Origin: an uncultured bacterium
GTDB lineage: Bacteria; Eisenbacteria; RBG-16-71-46; CAIMUX01; WJJG01
Assembly (NCBI GenBank): GCA_964603725.1
Contig: CAZRWW010000001.1
Span: 5,634 to 69,633, forward strand
Length of the DNA stretch: 64,000 nucleotides
Reading direction: 5' to 3'
A model generated the notes under the pieces. It was not told the DNA's origin and did not search any database. It saw only the letters and a list, made by a program, of their open reading frames with translations. Below are positions 26,081 to 36,508 of the stretch, piece after piece. The translations under genes and the position numbers were made by a program. Each line of letters begins with the position of its first letter. Positions within the stretch are counted from its first letter, which is position 1.

Positions 26081-28132
26081 ATGGGCCGCTCGGCCAGCTC
26101 TCCCTCCTGGATCCAGCAGCGCCGCTGGCCCGTCTTCATCTTCTTGCTCGCGCTGGGCCTGAGGCTGGGCCTCATCCTGACCACGCTGGACGTCAACCTG
26201 CTGCAGGCCAACGTCGCGGACGCCTACGAGTATGAGCTCCTGGCCGACCGGATTCTGGCCGGAGACCTGGGCGCCGGCACGCAGGTCTTCTTCCACTCCT
26301 CGGCCGGGTATCCCTACTTGCTGGCCTTGCTCTGGGCGGTCTTCGGGAAGTCGCTGCTGGTGGCGCGCCTGTTCCAGGCGCTGGCCGGGGCCGCCAACGC
26401 CGTGGTGATCTACCTCCTGGCCCGGCGGCTGTTCGGCGACGGCACGCGGCCGGGGCAACGCCGCGCGGAGATCATCGGTCGCGTGAGCGGCCTGCTGCTC
26501 GCCTTCTATGGCTACATCGCCTTCCTCGAGCAGAACCTGTTGATGACGGCCTACGAGCTCCTGACCATCGATCTGGCGCTCTTGTTCATGGTCATGTTCC
26601 TCGCCGACCAGCGCCGGCGCCACCTGGTGGGCGCGGGCATCTGCTTCGGGATGGCCAGCCTGGGCCGGCCCAACGTCTGGCTGGTGGCCGTCGTGTTGGC
26701 CGCCTTCCTGTTCACCCTGTCCAGGCGCACCTGGGGCTGGAAGCCGGCGCGTGCGCTGGGGGCCGCCGCGCTCCTGGTCGCTGTCACGTTCGCCATGATC
26801 CTGCCGATCACACTGCGCAACGTCATCGTGGCGGGCGACCCCGTCCTCCTGACCAACAACGCCGGGATCAACTTCTGGATCGGCAACCACGAGGACGCCA
26901 GCGGGGTCTTCCGCATACCGCAGCGCATGGCGGATGATCTCTCCGCGGCCAGCACCGCCGACGCGGTCGCCGCCTCCGGCCGTTCGCTGTCAGCCGGCGA
27001 GGTTTCGTCCTACTGGTTCAAGCGGACCGTGGGCATCCTCCTGGGCGACCCTCTGCACGCGGTGAGGATCACCGCCCGCAAGGCGCTCCTTTTCTTCAAC
27101 GCGCGCGAGATTCCCAACCACCTCGACTTCTACTTCGTTCGCGGCCAGGGAGCCTGGTTCTTGTGGGGGCTCCCCGTGGGCTTCTGGCTGGTGGTGCCGT
27201 TGGGCCTGGCCGGAATGATCTTGTGGCGACCCTGGAGCGCCCGACACTGGCTGATCCTCACCTACCTGGCGCTCTACTTCCTGATGGTGGTGGGGCTGTT
27301 CGTCACGGGACGCTATCGGGTCCCGACGATTCCGGCGCTGATACCCTTCGCAGCCTGGATGATCTACCGGCTGTTCGAGCTGCTGCGGGCCAAGCAGTGG
27401 GCCGGACTGGCCAGGGTGGGCCTGGCGCTCGTTCCGGCCGCCGTGCTGGTCAACTGGGGCACGATGGAGCGGGTCGAAGCCGCTCACAACTGGGCGCTGG
27501 TGGCGGAGGCGGAGCAGCGGCTGGGCCATGCGCAGGAAGCCGCCGCGGCGCTCCAGAAGGCGCAGGAGCTCGATCCGAACAATCCCCACTTCTACAACAA
27601 CCTCGGCCTGGCCGCCCGCCAGCGGGGCGACCTGGCGGAGGCCGAGCGGTTGCTGCGCAAGGCCTATGAGCTCTCGGGCGGCGATCCCGACAACGCCTCC
27701 AACCTGGCGGGCGTCCTGACCCAGATGGGTCGACCGCAGGAGGCGGTAGAGATTCTCGAGTCAGCTCTCCAACGCAATCCTCAGAGTCTTCACTGCCTGA
27801 TCAACCTGGCTTTCACGCACTACGTCAGTGGACGACCCGATCTGGCGATCGGCCCGGCGGAGAAGAGCTTGACCGTGGGCGGCGGCGTGCCGCAGTCGTA
27901 CAACTTGCTTGCCCTTTCACAGGTCGCCCTGAAGGACACGACCGCCGCGATCCGGTTCGTCCAGAGGGGAACGCAGCAGTTCCCCCAGGATCAGGGGCTG
28001 TGGGTGACGCTGGCGCAGATCGAGACGATGAGCGGCAACCTCGAGGGCGCGCGCGCCGCGCTCGACCGGGCCCTGAGCCTGCCCGGTCGCGACGGCCGCA
28101 TCCCGGCGCTCCAGGGCCGGCTGCGGCGGTAG
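26081..28132 (+). CDS. GT39/ArnT-PMT-like membrane glycosyltransferase fused to C-terminal TPR repeats
   Basis: About 11 TM helices (YPYLLALLWAVFG ...) and the DxY/E motif ADAYEYE in the first loop. The C-terminal ~200 aa are TPR (NLGLAARQRGDLAEAERLLRKAYE ...). Confidence 0.65.
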   Translation: MGRSASSPSWIQQRRWPVFIFLLALGLRLGLILTTLDVNLLQANVADAYEYELLADRILAGDLGAGTQVFFHSSAGYPYLLALLWAVFGKSLLVARLFQALAGAANAVVIYLLARRLFGDGTRPGQRRAEIIGRVSGLLLAFYGYIAFLEQNLLMTAYELLTIDLALLFMVMFLADQRRRHLVGAGICFGMASLGRPNVWLVAVVLAAFLFTLSRRTWGWKPARALGAAALLVAVTFAMILPITLRNVIVAGDPVLLTNNAGINFWIGNHEDASGVFRIPQRMADDLSAASTADAVAASGRSLSAGEVSSYWFKRTVGILLGDPLHAVRITARKALLFFNAREIPNHLDFYFVRGQGAWFLWGLPVGFWLVVPLGLAGMILWRPWSARHWLILTYLALYFLMVVGLFVTGRYRVPTIPALIPFAAWMIYRLFELLRAKQWAGLARVGLALVPAAVLVNWGTMERVEAAHNWALVAEAEQRLGHAQEAAAALQKAQELDPNNPHFYNNLGLAARQRGDLAEAERLLRKAYELSGGDPDNASNLAGVLTQMGRPQEAVEILESALQRNPQSLHCLINLAFTHYVSGRPDLAIGPAEKSLTVGGGVPQSYNLLALSQVALKDTTAAIRFVQRGTQQFPQDQGLWVTLAQIETMSGNLEGARAALDRALSLPGRDGRIPALQGRLRR

Positions 28133-28273
28133 CTCCCCGCGCGCCGGCTGTGATAAGGTCCGCCCGGAGGCGCGCGCGCTGGTCCCACCGTTGCCCTGCT
28201 GAAGCGTATCCGCCTGGCTCCTGACCGGTGACGGCGGCCCTTGAGGTCGCAGGGCAGCACGCGCGAGACGGCG

Positions 28274-31200
28274 ATGATCGGCCAGACCGTTTCGCACTAC
28301 AAGATCCTGAGCAAGCTTGGCGAAGGCGGCATGGGTGAGGTCTACAAGGCCGTCGACACCCGCCTCGAGCGAGTCGTGGCCTTGAAGTTCCTGACACCCC
28401 GGCTGACCCCGCAGGATCGAGCCCAGGCTCGCTTTGTTCAGGAAGCGAAGGCGGCTTCGGCCCTCGACCACCCGAATGTCTGCACCGTCTATGAGATTGA
28501 TCAGACGCAGGACGGCCGGCTCTTCATCGCCATGGCCTGTTACGAGGGCGATTCCCTCAAGGATCTGATCGCCCGCGGCCGACTCGCCGCCGACCACGCG
28601 GTCGTGATCGCGCAGCAGATCGCCCAGGGGCTCTTGCAGGCGCACGACCGCGGCATCATCCATCGCGACATCAAGCCGGGCAATGTCCTGATCGCGGGCG
28701 CCGGTCTGGTCAAGATCGTCGACTTCGGCTTGGCGCTCTTGTCGAGCGCCGAGCGCATCACGCAGAGCGGCGGGGCGGTCGGCACGGTGGCCTACATGGC
28801 GCCTGAGCAGATCCGCGGCGAGGATGTGGATCACCGCGCCGACATCTGGTCGTTGGGCGTCACGCTCTACGAAATGGTCACCGGCACCCTGCCGTTTCCG
28901 GGGAGACACCAGCAGGAGGTGATCCACGCCGTCCTCCATCACGATCCGATCTCCCTCGAACGACACGACCCGGACATCGCGCCCGAGCTGCAGCGGATCA
29001 TCCGCACCTGCCTGCAGAAGTCCCCGGCTGCGCGCTATCGCACCATGGCGGATCTGCTGGCCGATTTGCAGGCCCTGCGCGGGATCCTCGAACCGCCCAC
29101 GGTGCGCATCGCGGGGCGAGCGCCGGCCGATCTGACGGGCCGCCTCACGGGGCGTCCGTACCCGGGCCTGGCTGCCTTCACGGAGGCGGATGCGGGCTTC
29201 TTCCACGGGCGCGAGCGGGAGGTGGCGGCCGTCTGGGAAAAGCTGCAGGGGCGCCAGCTCCTGGCGATCATTGGACCTTCCGGGGCGGGCAAGAGCTCGT
29301 TCCTGCGCGCCGGGCTCATACCGGCGGGCCCGGCCGGCTGGGGAATCCTGATCTCCTCGCCGGGCAGTTCCCCGTTCCTGTCGCTGCGGCAGGCCCTGGT
29401 GCCCGAGCTGGCCGGCGATACCGAGGCAATCCGCGGACTGCTGGGAGAGGACCAGGAGTCCGCGGTGCTGTCGGCGGTCATGCGCTGGCGCCGGCGGCAC
29501 ACGGCGGCCCTGCTGATCATCGACCAGTTCGAGGAGCTCTTCACGCTGAGCGCCCCGGAGGCTCAGGAACGGTTCGCGGAGCTGCTGGGCAAGATCTGCT
29601 CCGCAGCGGACGTCCATGTGCTTCTCTCGCTGCGAGACGACTTCCTATTCCACTGTCACGCCTTCCCCGCACTCGCGCCGGTTTTCGATTCCCTCACGCC
29701 CTTGGGTCCGTTGAGCGGCGATGGCCTGCGGCAGGCGCTCACCCAGCCGGCGATCAAATGCGGCTATCGCTTCGGAGACGACGCGTTGGTCGACGAGATG
29801 CTCTCCACGGTCAGTGGGGAACGTGGCGCCCTGCCGCTGCTGGCTTTTGCGCTGTCGCAACTGTGGGAACGACGTGACCGCACGCGGCGGCTGCTCACGC
29901 GGCAAGCGTACAACGAGATCGGCGGCGTGGGCGGCGCTCTGGCCCAGCACGCCGAGGCGGCCATCGAGGGGATCGGCTCAGACCGCGTCGGGATCGTGCG
30001 CGAGCTCTTCCGCAACCTCGTGACGTCGCAGGGAACGCGAGCCGCGCGCAGCCGGGACGAGCTGCTCTCGCTGTTTGCGAATACGCGGCAAACGGAAGCC
30101 GAGGAGGTTTTGTCGGAGCTGATCCAAAGACGCTTGCTGACCTCCTACGAAATGACGGGTGAGGATGGAACCGCCTCGCGGCGGATCGAGATCGTGCACG
30201 AGTCGCTGCTCGCAAATTGGCCCCGCCTCGTGCGCTGGCAAACCCAGGACGCGGACGCGGCGCAGCTACGGGACCAGATCCGCCAGGCAACGGGGATCTG
30301 GCAGGAGAAGGGCTGCCCCGAGGAGCTGCTTTGGAGCGGAACGCTCTACCATGAGTACCGGCTCTGGCGGGAGCGTTACCCGGGCGCCTTGACGACGGCG
30401 GAGACCCAGTTCACGAGCGCGATGGAGCAACGAGCGCGGCGCAAGCGGCGGCGGCGGATACTCGCGGTGGCGGGGAGCTTCCTGATACTGAGCGCCGTGC
30501 TGCTGGTCGTCCTGATTCTCTGGCAGCGCAGCGAGCGGGCTGAAGGCATCGCCAGTCGGGAGGCCCGCCATGCCAGCGCCAGCCTGCTGGCCAGCCTGGG
30601 TACCCAGATTCTCGACATGGACAAGGATCCGACCCGGGCGGCCGCTCACGCGATCGCCAGCCTCGACCTGGAGGACAATCTCGAGGCTCGCTTCCTCGCC
30701 ATGCGCGCGCTTGCCGAAGGCCCGCTGCGCTTTGAGATTCAGGGTGGAGGCACTCGCAACCCATTGTGCGTGGACATCAGTCCCGACGGCCAGTGGTTTG
30801 CGGTGGGCTGGACCCGGCAGGGCGACGTCGTCCTCTATCCGGCCGGCGGCGGCGAGCCGCGCAAGCTCATCGGTCACCGGCCGAGCATGGTTCGGGCGGT
30901 GGCCTTCGATGAGACCTCCCGGCTCCTCGTGTCATCCGCGACGGACAGCACGGTACGGCTCTGGTCGATTCCCGATGGGGCCCTCTTGCGCACCATTCAG
31001 CTCTCTGCCGAAGGGGGGGGATCGCTGTCCCGGGACGGCCAGCGCATCCTGACTTGGGAAGCGGGCCCTGGCGAGCGTACGCTGTGGCGATCTTGGTCTC
31101 TGCTGGGCGGGGACGGTGACATACTGGGCCGCACGGGCATGCCCGTCCCCTCGACCGGTCGGCCTTGGCCCGCAGTACATCCCGATGGCCTCCGGGTGGC

Positions 31201-32716
31201 GGATTGGCAGGGCGAGGGTGTCCATCTCCACGAAGTGAACGCACGCGGGCTGTCGGAGCCTGCGCTTGTGGGACGCCACGCCTCACGGGTGCTCTTCGCT
31301 TCCTTCAGCGGGGATGGAGAGCGGCTGGCGTCGAGTGATGAGAAGGGCGTGATCAAGATCTGGGATCTGAGCGCTTCACCCCCCACCTTGACAGATGAGA
31401 AGCAGTCGGTGGTCGGGGAAGTTGGCATCAATCTGACCCGGTTCGACCCCGTTCGGCCACGCCTGGCCTCCTTCTGGGCCGACGGTGTCGTCAGGATCTG
31501 GGATCTTGACCAGGCCGTGCCGGTGGGTCCGCTCGAGCTGCGGGAGCATTCTCACTGGGTCCATTGCGCGGACTTCCACAATGACGGGCGATGGATCCTC
31601 TCGGTGGCGAGTGGCCGCAAGAGGGTGGCCGCCTGGCCTCTCAGCGAACCTCGCCCGCTCAGACTCATCGGACCGGCGTTCGATGGCAGCTGGGTCGCCT
31701 TCTCACCCGACGGCGAGGCCATCGCGACCCTCGCCAATGACGGCACCGTGTGGCTGACACCACTGACAGGGCCTTCGTCGGGGAAGCCCCGCGCGGTCTT
31801 CAGCGCACCAGAACTTGTATTCTCGGAGACATGGTACTCCAATGTGCTATTCCGCTTCGATCCCGCGATGAAGCACCTGATGGCGCACGCGGCTAGTCCG
31901 GGGATCTTGTGGGTCGCCCCCGTAGAGCAGGGAGAGGTCCGTCGGCTGGACGGTCTTGTTCCCCTCGCGGAGGCTGACATGAGTCGCGACGGATGCCAGA
32001 TTGCGGCGTTCAAGCAGTCGTCGAGCGGGCCGGACACACTGGTCGTCTGGGATCTGGTCACGGACCGGAAGAGAGCTCTGGGGCCGATCAGTGGCACGGG
32101 CTACCCGTGGCTGCGTTTCATGGATGACAACCATGTTCTGACCATGGAGGGCTTCGGGAAGTCCATCGACCGCTGGGATGTTGCCAGTGGCGCGCGCGAG
32201 GCGGTCGGCGATGGCTTCGCCGATCTCTGGCACGTCTTGAGCGACGGAAAACGTGCCCTCGGGTACTCCTCGTCATCGGGGGATTTGTTCATCCAGAACC
32301 TGCAGACGAGGGAGAGGCGCAACCTTCTTCATGTCGGCCCCAAGTCTCTTTGGGCCATGTCGGTCTCCCCAGCGGAGGATCTGATCGCGCTCCGCTTTTT
32401 CGACCGAACTGAGCTCGCCGTAGTGCCTTTGTCCGGTGGCGCACCTTACTACCTGTTCGTCGGGCAGCGCAGCTACGCAGCGTTCGATCCCCAGAGGCGG
32501 TGGATCGCCACCATCGGGTACGACCAGTGCGTGATGCTCTGGCCCTGGCCCACTGAGGAACCGTTGATGGGGCTCTCGCACGAGCAGTTCCTGACCTATC
32601 TGAAATCCCAGACCAATGTCCGCGTCGTGCCCGATAGCAGCCAGTCCAGCGGGTATCGAGCCACCTTTAGCGAGTTCGAGGGCTGGGAGGCCGATCCCGG
32701 ACCGTTGCGATACTGA
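28274..32716 (+). CDS. Ternary Ser/Thr protein kinase - NACHT/STAND NTPase - WD40 repeat protein
   Basis: Hanks kinase (GEGGMGEVYKA ... HRDIKPGNVL ... DFGLA ... APE), then a NACHT module (YPGLAAFTEADAGFFHGRERE, IGPSGAGKSSF, LLIIDQFEEL), then multiple WD40 blades. Confidence 0.8.
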   Translation: MIGQTVSHYKILSKLGEGGMGEVYKAVDTRLERVVALKFLTPRLTPQDRAQARFVQEAKAASALDHPNVCTVYEIDQTQDGRLFIAMACYEGDSLKDLIARGRLAADHAVVIAQQIAQGLLQAHDRGIIHRDIKPGNVLIAGAGLVKIVDFGLALLSSAERITQSGGAVGTVAYMAPEQIRGEDVDHRADIWSLGVTLYEMVTGTLPFPGRHQQEVIHAVLHHDPISLERHDPDIAPELQRIIRTCLQKSPAARYRTMADLLADLQALRGILEPPTVRIAGRAPADLTGRLTGRPYPGLAAFTEADAGFFHGREREVAAVWEKLQGRQLLAIIGPSGAGKSSFLRAGLIPAGPAGWGILISSPGSSPFLSLRQALVPELAGDTEAIRGLLGEDQESAVLSAVMRWRRRHTAALLIIDQFEELFTLSAPEAQERFAELLGKICSAADVHVLLSLRDDFLFHCHAFPALAPVFDSLTPLGPLSGDGLRQALTQPAIKCGYRFGDDALVDEMLSTVSGERGALPLLAFALSQLWERRDRTRRLLTRQAYNEIGGVGGALAQHAEAAIEGIGSDRVGIVRELFRNLVTSQGTRAARSRDELLSLFANTRQTEAEEVLSELIQRRLLTSYEMTGEDGTASRRIEIVHESLLANWPRLVRWQTQDADAAQLRDQIRQATGIWQEKGCPEELLWSGTLYHEYRLWRERYPGALTTAETQFTSAMEQRARRKRRRRILAVAGSFLILSAVLLVVLILWQRSERAEGIASREARHASASLLASLGTQILDMDKDPTRAAAHAIASLDLEDNLEARFLAMRALAEGPLRFEIQGGGTRNPLCVDISPDGQWFAVGWTRQGDVVLYPAGGGEPRKLIGHRPSMVRAVAFDETSRLLVSSATDSTVRLWSIPDGALLRTIQLSAEGGGSLSRDGQRILTWEAGPGERTLWRSWSLLGGDGDILGRTGMPVPSTGRPWPAVHPDGLRVADWQGEGVHLHEVNARGLSEPALVGRHASRVLFASFSGDGERLASSDEKGVIKIWDLSASPPTLTDEKQSVVGEVGINLTRFDPVRPRLASFWADGVVRIWDLDQAVPVGPLELREHSHWVHCADFHNDGRWILSVASGRKRVAAWPLSEPRPLRLIGPAFDGSWVAFSPDGEAIATLANDGTVWLTPLTGPSSGKPRAVFSAPELVFSETWYSNVLFRFDPAMKHLMAHAASPGILWVAPVEQGEVRRLDGLVPLAEADMSRDGCQIAAFKQSSSGPDTLVVWDLVTDRKRALGPISGTGYPWLRFMDDNHVLTMEGFGKSIDRWDVASGAREAVGDGFADLWHVLSDGKRALGYSSSSGDLFIQNLQTRERRNLLHVGPKSLWAMSVSPAEDLIALRFFDRTELAVVPLSGGAPYYLFVGQRSYAAFDPQRRWIATIGYDQCVMLWPWPTEEPLMGLSHEQFLTYLKSQTNVRVVPDSSQSSGYRATFSEFEGWEADPGPLRY

Positions 32717-32752
32717 TGGCCCGCGGGTGGCCGGTCCGCGTTTCCCCCAGGA

Positions 32753-35700
32753 CTACCGAGAGCCCTGCGCCCCTCCAACCACACGCCCGCGCAACCCCGC
32801 CAGCATCCGGCCAAGCTCGGAGTCGGGCCCCGCGCCGACCGTCTCGGCCAGCGACTCGGCTTCGCTCAGTGCCGCGCGGGCGGCCGCGGGCTCGCCCGCC
32901 AGGCGTTCGCACTCGCCGCGCGTACAGAGCAGCTTGGCGAGCTCCAGTCGGTCGTCGACTCCGCGCAGCAGGGCTTCACCGCGCGCCAGAGCAACGCGGG
33001 CTTCGGCGAAGCGCATCCCCCGGGCTTCCAGTTCCCCGAGGCGGCCGAGCACGGCGCCCTCGGTGGCGTGATTGCCAACCTCTCGGTGAATGCTGAGGGC
33101 CATCTCATAGAGGCGGCGCGCGTCCTCCATCCGGCCCTGATCAAGGTGCAAGTTGCCGAGGTTGCCTAGGAGAATGCCTTCGGAGCGCCGGTCGCCGACC
33201 TCGCGGTAGATGGCGAGCGCCTGCTCGCCGAGGCGGCGCGCGTCGTCCGTTCGACCCTGATCGAGATGCAGATTGCTGAGGTTGGCGACGATGGCGGCTT
33301 CTTGTCGCCGGCTGCCGACTTCCCGATGGATGGTGAGGGCCGCCTCGAAGAGCCGCCGCGCCTCCTCCAGCCGCCCCTGCTCCTGATGCAGAACACCCAG
33401 GTTGCCGAGGACGATGCCTTCGGTCAAACGATCGCCGACCTCTCGGTCAATGGCGAGAGCCGCCTCGAAGAAGCGGCGAGCCTCTTCGATCCGACCCTGT
33501 CCCCAGTGTAAGACGCCTAGATTGCTGAGCACGGTGCTTTCATAACGCCTACCCCCGACCTCCCGATAGATCGCGAGGGCTTGCTCGTAGTGGCGTTGCG
33601 CTTCCTCCATCCGACCCTGATTGAAGTGCAGGATACCCAGGTTGCCGAGGACCGCGCCTTCGTCAAGCCGGTCGCCCCCCTCGCGGTGCAGCGCGAGCGC
33701 CTCCTCGTAGAGGCGGCGGGCCTCGTCCATTCGTCCGCGGTTCTTGTACAGGTTGGCCAGGCTATTGAGCACGATGCCCTCGGCGCGCCGGTTGCCGAGG
33801 GCCGCGCCTTCGCCGAGCCGATCGCCGACCTCGCGGTGCAGCGCGAGGGCCTCCTCGTAGTACTGTCGCGCGTCCTCCATCCGGCCCGCGCGCCACAACG
33901 CGCTGGCGAGTTCGCGCAGCGCTCGCGCACGCGCCTCGGCCTCGAGCCCCGGAATCGCGAGGACCGCTGCCCCCAGATCGATCGCGGCGGCGAACGGTCC
34001 GCGCAGCCCGAGGACGCCCCACGCGGCCGCCAGCGCCCTGACGGCGGTCTCACCGTCCCCCCGCTCGACCGCCCGCCGGCACGCTGATACGACGTTGTCC
34101 AGTTCCACCTCGAGAATCTTCCGGCTGGCAACACCTCCATGCCGATCGAGCGCCTCCAGCGCGTCGCTGGCTCCGAATCGAGCGAAGTACTCCCCGTGCC
34201 GCTGCTCGCACCGTCGCCCGGCATCGACCATGCCCGGCCCGGCGATGGCGCTCTCGGTCCTCAGCTTCTCAGCGGCGTAGTCACGCAGGCTCGACAGCAT
34301 CTCGAACCTGGGCGCGTCCAGGACCACCCGCGCGCGAAACCAGCACTTGTCGATCAGGGCCTGCACGACATCGAGCACGGGCGGAGCGTCGGGCCAGGGC
34401 GCGAGATCCAGCACCGCCTCGGCCGCCTCCAGGGTGAACCCGCCGTCGAACACCGCGGCCTGCGCTACTGCCGCTTGTTCCCAGCCGCCGAGCAATTCCC
34501 ACGACCAGTCGAGCGTGGCGCGCAGGGTCCGGTGGCGGCCCGGCTTGGGTCCAGCGAGCAGACTCAGCCGGTCCGCGAGCCGCGCCCGGAGTTGTTCGAG
34601 CGAGAGCGCGCGCAGCCGCGCCGCGGCCAGCTCGATGGCGAGCGGGAGGCCATCCAGCAGGCGGACAATTTCAGCCACCAAGGACCGGTTGGCGTCCGTC
34701 AGAGCGAAGTCGGAGCGCTGCACCTGAGCTCGTTGCGCGAAGAGCTCGACCCCTTCCGCCTCCGGAGCCAGCGGATCGAGCTCGACGGTCGTCTCCCCCG
34801 CGAGCCCGAGCCGCTGGCGACTCGTGACCAGGAACGCGGTGTCCGGTGAGCGCGCCACCCACCGGCCGAGCGTGGCCGGCGCGTGCTCCGACACCTGCTC
34901 GAAGTTGTCCAGGATGATCAAGGCGCGGCCATGGCCCGCGATGGCATGGCCGAGCTGCGCGATCGGATCGCCCTTGCCCAGCGGAACGTCGAGGCCGACG
35001 GCTACGGCGCGCACGATGCCGTCGATGGCCCTCGCTTCCGTCAGATCGCAGAACCATACCCCGCCCGGCCAGCGTTCGAGCGCGTTCCAGCCGTAGCGGC
35101 ACGCCAGGCGGCTCTTCCCCGTGCCACCCGCCCCGAGGACGGTGACGAGCGCGCTGCCGGCCTCCAGGCGCCGAGCCAATTCCTGCAACTCCCGGCTCCG
35201 GCCGACGAACGGGTCGCGCTCGGGGGGGAGCATCCGGGGATAGGTCACGGCTGCCCCGGGCCGGCCCTCGAGCGCAGCGACCACATCCCGCGCGTGCGGG
35301 AAGCGCTCATGCGGCTCTCGCGCGAGCAGGCGGAGGATAGCCTCGTCCCACGCCGGTCCAACCTCAGCGAGCGAGCTCGGCCGCGGCGGATCCTGTCTCA
35401 GCCTTGCCTGCGCCGTTTCCATTGGCGTCGAGCCGTGAAACGGCACCGTACCCGTGGCCATCTCGAAGAGCACCACGCCGAGGGAGTAGAGATCGGCCGC
35501 CGGGCCGATGCGGCCGCCGCTGACTTGCTCAGGGGCCATGTAGGCGGGGGTACCCAAGAGCGCCACCGATTCCGGCGCGCTCCTTGGCGTCCCGGGCATC
35601 TGGATCGGCAGCGCCAGCCCGAAGTCGGTAATGACCGCCCGTTCACCGGATGGCGAGGGAACGATCATCACATTCGCGCTCTTGAAATCGCGGTGCACGA

Positions 35701-36277
35701 TGCCCGCGTGATGGGCGGTGTCGAGCGCGTCGGCCAACTGGCGCACGATCGGCAGGCCCTCTTGCGTTGCGATCCGCCCGCGCGAGCGGATGCGGGCGGC
35801 GAGCGTCTCGCCCGGCAGGAACTCCATGGTCAAGAACACCACGTCGCGCGTCTCGTCGCGATGCCGTCCCAGGTCGAACACACGGCAGACGTTCGGGTGC
35901 GATACCGAGCGCGCCAGCAGGACCTCCTGCTTGAACTGCCGGAGCGCCCCGGGATCGGAGGCCACCTCGGTGCGGATGGTCTTCAGGGCGATGGACACCC
36001 CGAGCTCCATATCGCGGGCGCGATAGACTTCACCCATGCCCCCGCGCGCGACGAAGGACTCGACGAGGTAGCGATCCGCGAGGACATCGCCTAGCTCGAG
36101 GTGGGAGTCTGCAACGCCGCGCTGATCGGCCACGGGCAAGGTCGGGGCTGCATCAGGGTCGGAGGCGGTGGGTTTGTCGCCCCCCTGCAAACCATTGTGC
36201 GACCGAGTCATGGTCAGCTCACTGCGATGTGTGACATCTTGGGACACACATCCGGAGACAGCCTGGGCCCTTGTCAT
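32753..36277 (-). CDS. Ternary Ser/Thr protein kinase - NB-ARC/AAA STAND ATPase - TPR repeat protein (PknK-like)
   Basis: Kinase (RGGMGEVYRA ... HRDFKSANV ... DFGLA ... APEQ). P-loop LGAGGTGKSRLA, hhhhD ALIILDNFEQ, and GLPLAIELAA (NB-ARC GLPL). More than 10 TPRs. The start is uncertain (36211 or 36277). Confidence 0.8.
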   Translation of the reverse strand: MTRAQAVSGCVSQDVTHRSELTMTRSHNGLQGGDKPTASDPDAAPTLPVADQRGVADSHLELGDVLADRYLVESFVARGGMGEVYRARDMELGVSIALKTIRTEVASDPGALRQFKQEVLLARSVSHPNVCRVFDLGRHRDETRDVVFLTMEFLPGETLAARIRSRGRIATQEGLPIVRQLADALDTAHHAGIVHRDFKSANVMIVPSPSGERAVITDFGLALPIQMPGTPRSAPESVALLGTPAYMAPEQVSGGRIGPAADLYSLGVVLFEMATGTVPFHGSTPMETAQARLRQDPPRPSSLAEVGPAWDEAILRLLAREPHERFPHARDVVAALEGRPGAAVTYPRMLPPERDPFVGRSRELQELARRLEAGSALVTVLGAGGTGKSRLACRYGWNALERWPGGVWFCDLTEARAIDGIVRAVAVGLDVPLGKGDPIAQLGHAIAGHGRALIILDNFEQVSEHAPATLGRWVARSPDTAFLVTSRQRLGLAGETTVELDPLAPEAEGVELFAQRAQVQRSDFALTDANRSLVAEIVRLLDGLPLAIELAAARLRALSLEQLRARLADRLSLLAGPKPGRHRTLRATLDWSWELLGGWEQAAVAQAAVFDGGFTLEAAEAVLDLAPWPDAPPVLDVVQALIDKCWFRARVVLDAPRFEMLSSLRDYAAEKLRTESAIAGPGMVDAGRRCEQRHGEYFARFGASDALEALDRHGGVASRKILEVELDNVVSACRRAVERGDGETAVRALAAAWGVLGLRGPFAAAIDLGAAVLAIPGLEAEARARALRELASALWRAGRMEDARQYYEEALALHREVGDRLGEGAALGNRRAEGIVLNSLANLYKNRGRMDEARRLYEEALALHREGGDRLDEGAVLGNLGILHFNQGRMEEAQRHYEQALAIYREVGGRRYESTVLSNLGVLHWGQGRIEEARRFFEAALAIDREVGDRLTEGIVLGNLGVLHQEQGRLEEARRLFEAALTIHREVGSRRQEAAIVANLSNLHLDQGRTDDARRLGEQALAIYREVGDRRSEGILLGNLGNLHLDQGRMEDARRLYEMALSIHREVGNHATEGAVLGRLGELEARGMRFAEARVALARGEALLRGVDDRLELAKLLCTRGECERLAGEPAAARAALSEAESLAETVGAGPDSELGRMLAGLRGRVVGGAQGSR

Positions 36278-36508
36278 CAATCCTACCTGCCGCGGCTTCA
36301 TTCGTCCACGGCATGTTGCGATCCCGAGCTCCGTCGGGTACCGTCCCTCCAGTCGGTGGCTCGAACCGCCAGGCGCTGTCTGGGGCGTTGGGACGAAGCG
36401 TGTACACGGCGACGGGCGCGTGCGGTGGCTGCCACGCACGGTGGTGGGATTGGTGAAGGAAGAGCACCCCCACCTGGAGCAGTTGCACGACACGGCGGCT
36501 CGCTGAGC

